DNA of 64,000 nucleotides from Patescibacteria group bacterium (GTDB lineage: Bacteria; Patescibacteriota; Microgenomatia; UBA8517), in NCBI GenBank assembly GCA_025999275.1, contig AP024680.1, positions 318,393-382,392 of the forward strand, read 5' to 3'. Under the pieces are notes generated by a model that saw nothing but the letters and a program-made list of their open reading frames with translations, had not been told where the DNA came from and searched no databases. Positions 56,106 through 64,000 of the stretch are shown piece by piece. The translations under genes and the position numbers were made by a program. Within the stretch, counting starts at the first letter, position 1, and each line of letters opens with the position of its first letter.

Positions 56106-56605
56106 TAAATATGGATTTTGTTTTGAAAAGAATTTATGGTGGTGGTGTAGTTATTTTTTTGGCCAGTTTTTTAATCTGGGTGATGTATTTTGGTTTAATT
56201 TTTATTTTTATTTTTAGAAAAAGGACAAAAAAAGAGATGGCTTTTATTATTCTTTCAAGCGTACTAAGTTGGTTATTGGCCCAGATGACTAAGGATTTAT
56301 TACCAACAGTAAGGCCATTTTTGTTAAATGGAGAAAACCCTCTAACTTTAACTGAACATTTTGATAATTCTTTTCCATCTGGGCATTCTGCGACAGCTTT
56401 TGGGTTGGCAACTTCTCTCTTCTTGGTGGATCGTAATTTGGGGATTTTTTATTTTGTTTTGGCTGGTTTTGTTTCTTGGGGTAGGGTTTTAAGTAGGGTT
56501 CATTTTTTAGTTGATGTTTTGGGTGGGGCTGTTATTGGTATTTTTGTTTCTCTTTTACTTGAAAATTTCTTTTTTGTTCAAAGGCACTCAAGTAGTAAAA
56601 GATAA
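56102..56605 (+). CDS. PAP2 family phosphatase
   Basis: K....RP, SFPSGH, GRV...VH...DV..G. Confidence 0.9.
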   Translation: MINMDFVLKRIYGGGVVIFLASFLIWVMYFGLIFIFIFRKRTKKEMAFIILSSVLSWLLAQMTKDLLPTVRPFLLNGENPLTLTEHFDNSFPSGHSATAFGLATSLFLVDRNLGIFYFVLAGFVSWGRVLSRVHFLVDVLGGAVIGIFVSLLLENFFFVQRHSSSKR

Positions 56606-56611
56606 TGCCTC

Positions 56612-56640
56612 TTGACTTTTAGCAGACCATGATTTAGACT
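56612..56640 (+). promoter_or_regulatory. Sigma70 promoter of lon
   Basis: TTGACT-17 nt-TAGACT, 15 nt before ATG. Confidence 0.55.
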
Positions 56641-56655
56641 GCTAAATTACAAAAT

Positions 56656-59064
56656 ATGAATAGTAAATCTATAAAGGTTTTAAGGCAGATTCCCGTGGTG
56701 GCCATTCGAGACTCGGTGGTTTTTCCGCACACTGACAACATCCTTTCTTTTGGAAGGCAAAAATCTGTCTTGGCTGTAAATTCCGCTTTTCAATCTCAAA
56801 GAGTTGTGGCCATATTTACACAGAAAAATCCGGAGATATTAGATCCTCAGTTCAAGGATTTGTACGAAGTTGGGACAATTGCCACTATTGCTCAGATGAT
56901 GTCTTCAGATGAGGATGTTCACGCTTTAATACGAGGCCAAGCTAGAGTAAAGATTGAAAGTTTGGTAAAGACAGAGCCTTTTTTGGTTGCTGATATAGTC
57001 GAAGTTTCCGAAACTAGGGAAGATAAACCAGAGGTTGATGCTTTGGCTAAAAGAATAGTTGATCTTTTTAAAAGAGCAATAAAGTTAGGTAAACAAGCTG
57101 AAATTGTAACGGTAATGAAGATAGTCTCGGGTCAATCAACTCCAGTTGAACTAGCGGATCAAGTCGCCTCTTTGCTTGAAATTAACACGGAGGAAAGGAT
57201 GAAATTTCTTGAAGAGACTTCGCTTTTAAGGCGATTGCAGATGGTTTTTGAGGCTTTGTTGCGAGAGGTAAACGTTCTTGAAATAGAGAGAAGTATTAGT
57301 TCAAAAACCCAGAAGAAATTTGAAGATCAGGTGAGAAAGGCGATGCTAAGGGAGAAAAAGAGAGCGATTGAGGAAGAACTGGGCGAGGAAGAATCTGAGA
57401 TAGATTCTGATGAAGTAAAAATGTACAAGAAGAAAATCAAAGAAGCAAAAATGCCGAAAGACGTTGAAGAAAAAGCCATGAAAGAACTTAAGAGGTTGAT
57501 GCAGATGCCCATTCAGAATCCAGAAAGTGGTTATATCAGGAATTATTTGGATTGGCTTTGCGATATGCCTTGGAGTAAGGAGTCTCCAAACAATATTTCT
57601 ATTAAAAAGGCTGCCTCAATTTTGAAGAAAGAACATTATGGACTTGATAAAGTGAAAGAGAGGATTCTTGAATATCTTGCTGTTATGAAAATTAAAAAAG
57701 GCAAAAAGTCTCAGGAAGCTCAGCCAACCATTCTTTGTTTTATAGGTCCTCCTGGTGTTGGTAAAACCTCAATTGGTAGATCTATTGCTAAAGCTTTGGG
57801 AAGGAGTTTTGTTAGAGTATCTTTGGGGGGAATAAGAGACGAGGCTGAAATTAGGGGTCATAGACGAACTTATGTCGGCGCTTTGCCAGGAAGAATAATT
57901 CAAGGAATTAAAAATGCAAAAACAAAAAATCCTGTTTTTATGCTTGACGAAATAGACAAACTTGGAGTTGACTTTAGAGGCGATCCTTCCTCGGCACTTC
58001 TTGAAGCTCTTGATCCTGAGCAAAATAAAGAATTCTCTGATCACTATTTAGAAGTTCCTTTTGATCTTTCTAAGGTTATGTTTATTGCCACAGGCAATGT
58101 GGCTGAGAATATAATTGACCCTTTACGTGACAGGATGGAGATAATTCGTTTTCCTGGTTATACCCAGGATGAAAAACAGAAAATTGCTGAGGAATTTTTG
58201 TGGCCTAAACAATTAAAACTTCACGGTCTTGAAGATAAAAAGATTAAAATTTCTAAGCTTGCTTTGGATGAAATTATAGAAAGATACACTAAGGAGGCTG
58301 GAGTGCGTGAACTTGAGCGAATGTTGGCAACAATTTGTCGAAAGTTAGCCAGAAGTGTCGCTGAAGGTAAAAAGTATCCAAAAACTATTAAGGTGTCTGA
58401 TGTTAAGAAGTTTTTAGGCCCAAGAAAGTTCTCTTCAGCTTTAGCCGAGAAAAAGGATGAGGTTGGGGTGGTTACTGGTTTAGCTGTAACACCAGCTGGT
58501 GGTGAAATACTTTTTGTTGAAGTGGCTCTAATGCCTGGTAAAGGCAAACTTTACTTGACCGGCCAATTAGGAGATGTAATGAAGGAATCAGCCAAGGCTG
58601 CCTTTAGTTGGGCTAGATCTCATTGGCAAGATTTTGGTCTTAAGGCTAATTTTGGGAATAAAACCGATGTTCATATACATGTTCCAGAAGGAGCTGTACC
58701 TAAAGACGGCCCTTCTGCGGGTGTAGCTTTGGCTACCGCTTTAGTATCAGCTTTAACGGGCATCTCGGTTAAGAAAGAGGTGGGAATGACAGGGGAAATT
58801 ACATTAAGAGGCAAAGTTATGGAAATAGGCGGTGTTAAGGAAAAAGTTATAGCTGGATATAGAGCTGGATTAAAGGTTATTATCTTACCAAAAGGGAATA
58901 AAAAGGATATGGAGGATGTACCAAGTGAGGTGAAGAAAAACATAAAGTTTGTTTTTGTTGATAATTTGGAAGATGTGCTAAAAGTGGCTTTGACCAAAGA
59001 TGCTTTTAATAGTAAATTTTCTAAAACAACATCAAACACTATTTCGCCAGCTTTTGCTGCCTAA
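56656..59064 (+). CDS. lon: ATP-dependent Lon protease
   Basis: GPPGVGKTS, DEAEIRGHRRTYVGALPG, PKDGPSAG (catalytic Ser), IGGVKEK. Confidence 0.98.
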   Translation: MNSKSIKVLRQIPVVAIRDSVVFPHTDNILSFGRQKSVLAVNSAFQSQRVVAIFTQKNPEILDPQFKDLYEVGTIATIAQMMSSDEDVHALIRGQARVKIESLVKTEPFLVADIVEVSETREDKPEVDALAKRIVDLFKRAIKLGKQAEIVTVMKIVSGQSTPVELADQVASLLEINTEERMKFLEETSLLRRLQMVFEALLREVNVLEIERSISSKTQKKFEDQVRKAMLREKKRAIEEELGEEESEIDSDEVKMYKKKIKEAKMPKDVEEKAMKELKRLMQMPIQNPESGYIRNYLDWLCDMPWSKESPNNISIKKAASILKKEHYGLDKVKERILEYLAVMKIKKGKKSQEAQPTILCFIGPPGVGKTSIGRSIAKALGRSFVRVSLGGIRDEAEIRGHRRTYVGALPGRIIQGIKNAKTKNPVFMLDEIDKLGVDFRGDPSSALLEALDPEQNKEFSDHYLEVPFDLSKVMFIATGNVAENIIDPLRDRMEIIRFPGYTQDEKQKIAEEFLWPKQLKLHGLEDKKIKISKLALDEIIERYTKEAGVRELERMLATICRKLARSVAEGKKYPKTIKVSDVKKFLGPRKFSSALAEKKDEVGVVTGLAVTPAGGEILFVEVALMPGKGKLYLTGQLGDVMKESAKAAFSWARSHWQDFGLKANFGNKTDVHIHVPEGAVPKDGPSAGVALATALVSALTGISVKKEVGMTGEITLRGKVMEIGGVKEKVIAGYRAGLKVIILPKGNKKDMEDVPSEVKKNIKFVFVDNLEDVLKVALTKDAFNSKFSKTTSNTISPAFAA

Positions 59065-59344
59065 AGAGTTAATAAACGATTTTTTGAATAATTAGTTGGT
59101 GTATATTTGATAACTATATTTCACCATTTTAAAAATGTAATATTTTAGATTTGTGGATTTGGAGTTTTCTTTTGCAAACTGTTTTGAGTCTTTTGGTTTA
59201 TCAGCCGTTAATTTTCTGAGTTTAGGAATAATCAAGAATTGATTTTACTGTGGTATTATTTTTAAGTTTTGTCTTTTGTAGCTTTGCAGTTGGTAAAATT
59301 TTTACCTTTCACCTTTTAACTTTTAGCTCTTGCCTTATTTGTTG

Positions 59345-59417
59345 TGACCCCACCCGGATTCGAACCGGGGTTTGCAGGATGAGAACCTGCCGTCCTGGGC
59401 CTCTAGACGATGGGGCC
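59345..59417 (-). tRNA. tRNA-Glu(CTC)
   Basis: Acceptor GGCCCCA/TGGGGTC, anticodon arm GCAGG-TTCTCAT-CCTGC, T-loop TTCGAAT; CCA not encoded. Confidence 0.95.
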
Positions 59418-59457
59418 GATAGTTTATTTTAGCATAAAGGTGCTAATAAGAAAAAAA

Positions 59458-59851
59458 TGAATTATGAATTAAGGGACATGAATTATGGGTGTAAGGTATA
59501 GAAACCTCGTATCTAACTAATACCTATAAACTAAACTATAGACAACTATCAATACATCGATGTATTGATAGTAATTAGCACATAACCGGTTCAGTAGACT
59601 AGTACACGGATACGATAGTGTAGTTAAGAATTATGAACTGTGAATAATGAATTAAGGGAAATGGGAATTAAAATATCTAGATTCTAATTTCTAATATCTA
59701 AACAGAAATTAATAATTCAAAAGTACTAGACCTAGGCTGGTTGTCTTTGGGTTAACAATTCAAAATTTAAAACTAATTATAATTATCTAAGTGAACTTTT
59801 GACTTTTAACTTGTAATTTTGACTTTTGAGTTTTAACTTTTGAATTATTAA
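59458..59851. repeat. Composite non-coding repeat element, copy 2
   Basis: 28-bp palindrome at 59545-59572; heptamer array bounded by a 16-bp inverted repeat (59709-59724/59836-59851); homologous to 2869-3205. Confidence 0.9.
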
Positions 59852-60051
59852 GTTTCGTTTAGAGTTTAGTGCTTAGAATTTAGAGTTTCTAGATTATTTC
59901 CCTTTCTAATAATTTGAAACTTTTACCTTCTTGCCTTTACTTTGTTAGTAGGTGCCCTAGCTTTATTTTTTGGATATTATTTGATATAATATTGCAAGCT
60001 AGTGAAGTCAGGCTTCTTTTTAATTGTTTCTTTTTGATATTTTTTGAAGTA

Positions 60052-60128
60052 TTGACAGTAGCGTAACTAGCTTTTACAATCCCTTTGTATTATTGTTCAG
60101 CCGTTTTTCAAAGCGGCATTATTTTTTT
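60052..60128 (+). promoter_or_regulatory. greA promoter and leader hairpin/terminator
   Basis: TTGACA-17 nt-TACAAT (60052-60080); hairpin GCCGTTT-TTCA-AAGCGGC (60100-60117) followed by ATTATTTTTTT. Confidence 0.65.
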
Positions 60129-60138
60129 AAAAGTATTT

Positions 60139-60603
60139 ATGTCTAATTTAAAAGCAACATTTACCAAGGAGGGTTTTGAGGCTCTTAACAAGGAGCTTAA
60201 GGTTTTGGTGGAAGAAAAGCGACCAAAGTTAGTGGAGAGGTTGGCTAATGCTCGTTCTCAAGGAGATCTTTCTGAAAATAGTGATTATCAAAATGCAAGG
60301 GAGGAGCTTGATTTTTTGGATGGAAAAATAGCTGAGTTGGAAGAGTTAATTAAAAATGCAAGAATAGTGGATTCTAAGACTGATTCAAAAACTGTGAGTG
60401 TGGGTAATTCAGTTAAAGTAAAAATAAATGGACAAGAGACTGTTTTTTCTATTGTTGGAGAGTGGGAAGCAAATCCGGCTGAAAAGAAAATTTCTTTATC
60501 TTCTCCTTTGGGTCAAGCTTTAGCAGGTAAGACTAAAGGGGATAAAGTTGAAGTCGAAGCTCCAGCAGGAACAATGATTTACGAGATTGTTGATATAAGT
60601 TAG
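60139..60603 (+). CDS. greA: Transcription elongation factor GreA
   Basis: TKEG...L..EL, AR.QGDLSENSDY..A, IS..SPLGQAL; ATG 60139. Confidence 0.96.
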   Translation: MSNLKATFTKEGFEALNKELKVLVEEKRPKLVERLANARSQGDLSENSDYQNAREELDFLDGKIAELEELIKNARIVDSKTDSKTVSVGNSVKVKINGQETVFSIVGEWEANPAEKKISLSSPLGQALAGKTKGDKVEVEAPAGTMIYEIVDIS

Positions 60604-60651
60604 CTTTCTTCTTGTAAATTTAAGCTCCTCAATTTATACTAGTCTTGTTTT

Positions 60652-62115
60652 ATGCCGGCAAGGATAGAAAAAATCAGGTCAGATAGATTAAATAAAAAGG
60701 AAGAGCTTGTTAGATCAGGCATTAATCCTTATCCTTCTTCTATTTCTATCACTGGCAAGAGAATAACAATTTCTCAGGCCCGTGATTCTATGGGTAAAGA
60801 GGTTCTAGTTTCAGGAAGAATTAGAGCCATCAGAATTCATGGTGGTGCTTCATTTTTGGATCTTGAAGATTTTTCAGGAAAAATTCAGCTTCTGTTTCAA
60901 AAAAATGTTTTGCTTGATAGTTATAATCAAATTGAGCTTTTTGATACAGGCGATTTCTTAGCAGCTAAGGGCGAGGTTATTAAAACTCAAGCGGGGGAAA
61001 TTACTGTTCGGGTTTCTGAATTTCAGTTTTTGTCTAAAGCTTTAAGGCCGTTGCCGTCTTCTTGGTATGGACTTAAGGATGTTGAGGAAAGATATCGCAA
61101 GCGTTATTTGGATCTTCTTCTTAATCCAGAGGTTAAGGAGAGATTTTTGATAAGGACAAAGCTTGTGCGTGAGATTAGAAACTATCTTGACAACCTTGGT
61201 TTTCAGGAGGTAGAAACTCCAACTCTTCAGCCTCTTTATGGCGGAGCTAATGCTAAGCCTTTCAAAACTCATCTTAATGCTCTTGATTGTGATATGTATT
61301 TGAGGATTGCAGATGAGCTTTATTTAAAAAGACTTATTGTTGGTGGGTATGAGAAGGTTTATGAGATTTGTAAAGATTTTAGAAACGAGGGTATGGATTT
61401 AACTCACAATCCTGAGTTTACAATGATCGAATATTATGAGGCTTATGCTGATTATCATAGGGTAATGGATGTAACTGAAGGTCTTTTTAAGCACTTGGCC
61501 AAGGCAATTTTTGGGAAGATGAAAATTAAAGTCGGGGATAAGGAGATTGATATATCCAAAAAGTGGCCAAGGATTAAGATGGTTGATGTAATTAGAGATA
61601 AAATAGGTCTTGATGTTTTGATCGAAGATGAAAAGACTTTAGCTGATTATTGTCGTAAGAATGAGATTGAGCTTGTTGGCGGGGAAAATAAGGGTCAGTT
61701 AATCTATACTATTTTTGAGCATAAAGTAACTGATCTTCTTATTGATCCAGTGTGGGTAATTGATTATCCCAGAGCTGTAAGTCCCCTGTCAAAGGCAAAA
61801 GAAGACAACAGCGAGTGGGTTGAACGATTTGAAGGTTATGTTGGTGGCAAAGAAATTTGTGATGGTTGGAGCGAGCTTAATGATCCTTTAGTTCAGCGTG
61901 AGAGATTTGAGGTTGACGTTAAATTAGCAAGGAAGGACAGGGAGGAAGCACAACAAGTGGATGAAGATTTTTTGGAAGCAATGGAATATGGCATGCCTCC
62001 TATTGGCGGAATTGGAATAGGAATTGACAGACTAACAATGTTTTTCACCAACACCTGGAGTATAAAAGAGGTAATTCTTTTTCCAACAATGAGGCCTGTT
62101 AAAAGGAAGAAATAA
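60652..62115 (+). CDS. lysS: Lysine--tRNA ligase (class II)
   Basis: RYRKRYLDL, EVETPTLQ, GGANAKPF, FRNEG, HNPEFTM.EYY, EYGMPP.GG.GIGIDRL. Confidence 0.98.
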   Translation: MPARIEKIRSDRLNKKEELVRSGINPYPSSISITGKRITISQARDSMGKEVLVSGRIRAIRIHGGASFLDLEDFSGKIQLLFQKNVLLDSYNQIELFDTGDFLAAKGEVIKTQAGEITVRVSEFQFLSKALRPLPSSWYGLKDVEERYRKRYLDLLLNPEVKERFLIRTKLVREIRNYLDNLGFQEVETPTLQPLYGGANAKPFKTHLNALDCDMYLRIADELYLKRLIVGGYEKVYEICKDFRNEGMDLTHNPEFTMIEYYEAYADYHRVMDVTEGLFKHLAKAIFGKMKIKVGDKEIDISKKWPRIKMVDVIRDKIGLDVLIEDEKTLADYCRKNEIELVGGENKGQLIYTIFEHKVTDLLIDPVWVIDYPRAVSPLSKAKEDNSEWVERFEGYVGGKEICDGWSELNDPLVQRERFEVDVKLARKDREEAQQVDEDFLEAMEYGMPPIGGIGIGIDRLTMFFTNTWSIKEVILFPTMRPVKRKK

Positions 62116-62117
62116 TT

Positions 62118-62753
62118 ATGGAGGATTTGGGTATAGATAGAAAAAAGGCGCAGAAATTACTTGATGAGTACATCAAAAATCCAATAACTCGTTACCATCT
62201 TTTGGAATCAGAGGCTATAATGGCTGATTTAGCCAGGTTTTTATGTGAGAATAATCTTCTTGATGAAGATGAAAAAAATGGTTTGCCTTGCGATGAAATT
62301 GTAGAAAGATGGGCCTTAGTTGGTCTTCTTCATGATATAGATTGGGATGAAACTAAAGATAATCCTGAAAGACATTGCCTTAGAGCTGAGGAGATTTTAA
62401 AAGAAGCTGGAGCAACGCCATTTTTAATTGAAACTATTCAATCCCATGCCTGGGGTAAAGGTGGAGTGCCAGCTTTTTGTCATCTTGAAAGGTCTACTAA
62501 GCTTCAGCATGCTTTGGCAGCTTCTGAAACTTTGACTGGTTTAATTGTTGCTTCTGCTTTAGTTCAACCTGACAAGAAATTAAAAAGCGTTTCAATTGAT
62601 TCGCTTAAGAGAAAGTTCAAGATGAATAGCTTTGCAAGAGGTTGTAATCGAGAGATAATTAAGGAATCTGAGCTTTTAGGTATTAGTCTTGATGATTTTT
62701 TGAAAATTGGACTTGAAGCTTTACAGAAAATTTCAGATGAGATTGGTTTGTAG
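62118..62753 (+). CDS. HD-domain (HDIG-like) hydrolase
   Basis: W...GLLHDIDW, IQSH, TGLIVA.ALV.P, FARG.NRE.I. Confidence 0.85.
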   Translation: MEDLGIDRKKAQKLLDEYIKNPITRYHLLESEAIMADLARFLCENNLLDEDEKNGLPCDEIVERWALVGLLHDIDWDETKDNPERHCLRAEEILKEAGATPFLIETIQSHAWGKGGVPAFCHLERSTKLQHALAASETLTGLIVASALVQPDKKLKSVSIDSLKRKFKMNSFARGCNREIIKESELLGISLDDFLKIGLEALQKISDEIGL

Positions 62754-62768
62754 TATAATTCTTGCTAA

Positions 62769-64000
62769 ATGATAGATATTAATCTTTTGCGCAGCGATCC
62801 TTATTTTTTTAAAAAAGCTGCTCAAGCTAAAGGTTTTGATGCTTCAGTTGTTGATAAGTTAGTTGAGGTGGATAAAAAAAGAAGGAATTTAATTACAGAG
62901 ATTGAATCTCTTCGTGCAAAAAAGAATAAACTTGGAAAAGAAGGACAAGAGGAAGGTAGAAAGATTAAAAATGAGCTTAAAATTAAAGAAGAAGAATTAA
63001 AAGGAGTTGAAAAAGTCTTTGAAGAGTTGATTCTTAAGGTTCCAAATCCATCTGCGCCTGATGTTAAAGTTGGAGGTCCCCAAGAAAATGAAGTTATCAA
63101 GAAAGTTGGCACTCCTAAAAAGTTTAATTTTCCTGTTAGAGATCATCTTGAAATAGGCAAAATTACTCAAACTATTGATATTGAGCGTGGGGCAAAAGTT
63201 GCTCAGTCTGGTTTTTATTATCTAAAAGGAGATGGAGCCTTGCTTGAGATGGCTTTGATTCGTTTTGCCTTTGAAAAGCTTACTAAACATGGTTTTGTAC
63301 CTGTTATTACTCCAAATGTTGCCAAAGAGAGAAATGTTATTGGCTGTGGTTTTCAAGCAAGGAGTGAGAAAGAAAGGCAGATTTATCACATTGAAGGTGA
63401 AGATCTTGACCTAATTGCAACAGCAGAAATTACTCTTGTGGGGATGCACACAGATGAAACTTTTGAAGAAAAAGAATTGCCCAGGCAGTATGTTGGTTTT
63501 TCCTCTTGCTATAGAACTGAAGCGGGAAGCTATGGCAAAGATGTAAGGGGAATTATAAGAGTGCATGAATTTAGAAAGGTTGAGATGGTGGTTTTCTGCC
63601 TTCCTGAAGAATCTGACAAGTGGCATGATAGGCTTTTGTCGATAGAAGAGGAGATTTGGCAAGATTTAAAGATACCTTATCAGGTGGTAAAGATGGCAAC
63701 AGGAGATTTGGGAAATGCTGCCAGTCGTAAATATGATATTGAAGCTTGGATGCCATCTCAGGGCAAGTATCGTGAAGTGACTTCAACCAGTAATACCACC
63801 GATTTTCAGGCAAGAAGGCTGGGAATTAAGTTCAAAAGAGCTGGTAAGACAGAGTATTTGCATACTCTAAACGGGACTGTTTTGGCTTTGGGAAGGGCGA
63901 TGGTGGCAATTTATGAGAATTATCAAATGGAAGATGGTTCGGTCGAGATTCCTGAGGCTATTCGTCCATATATAGGTAAAGATAGAATTTCGGTTTCTTC
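62769..64000 (+). CDS. serS: Serine--tRNA ligase (partial, runs off window end)
   Basis: Manual translation: MIDINLLR..., LIATAE, SCYRTEAGSYGKDVRGIIRVHEF, HTLNGT. Confidence 0.95.
   Translation, partial: MIDINLLRSDPYFFKKAAQAKGFDASVVDKLVEVDKKRRNLITEIESLRAKKNKLGKEGQEEGRKIKNELKIKEEELKGVEKVFEELILKVPNPSAPDVKVGGPQENEVIKKVGTPKKFNFPVRDHLEIGKITQTIDIERGAKVAQSGFYYLKGDGALLEMALIRFAFEKLTKHGFVPVITPNVAKERNVIGCGFQARSEKERQIYHIEGEDLDLIATAEITLVGMHTDETFEEKELPRQYVGFSSCYRTEAGSYGKDVRGIIRVHEFRKVEMVVFCLPEESDKWHDRLLSIEEEIWQDLKIPYQVVKMATGDLGNAASRKYDIEAWMPSQGKYREVTSTSNTTDFQARRLGIKFKRAGKTEYLHTLNGTVLALGRAMVAIYENYQMEDGSVEIPEAIRPYIGKDRISVS

Noticed and set aside
59250-59432. 60-aa + strand ORF (and similarly 34495-34758)
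   Set aside because: It overlaps a tRNA gene on the opposite strand; spurious.

Overview
AT-rich, gene-dense bacterial chromosomal segment using genetic code 11 (intact RF2, TGA stops), with most genes on the G/T-rich + strand. Gene content and style suggest a Patescibacteria (CPR) genome, probably Microgenomates; this is inference. Housekeeping genes: rarA, secA, tgt, prfB, ftsEX, pyrH, trmD, truB, lon, greA, lysS, partial serS, tRNA-Ala(CGC) and tRNA-Glu(CTC). Envelope functions: a sortase beside a ~2,000-aa adhesin, rmlABCD, a GT-C/TMTC/polyprenol-P-mannose glycosylation cluster, a MacAB-like exporter, and an uppP/dgkA/L,D-transpeptidase/PAP2 cluster. Most notable observations: (1) the adhesin looks like a two-protein polyprotein with an internal LPAAG sorting signal followed by a second signal peptide, has LecA-like repeats nested in stalk domains, and carries an in-frame TAG in its true signal peptide; (2) a recurring VLG(A/E)(S/T) motif in five unrelated exported proteins; (3) pervasive leaderless gene starts, contrasting with two orphan cassettes that share promoter + boxA-like + strong SD + long hairpin terminator; (4) a RAYT transposase flanked by inverted REP-like repeats with a dispersed copy, plus a second 21-bp palindrome family fused to stop codons; (5) two ~400-bp modular non-coding elements 56.6 kb apart that share a perfect 28-bp palindrome and heptamer arrays. 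All functional calls come from motif recognition by eye; no database searches were run.
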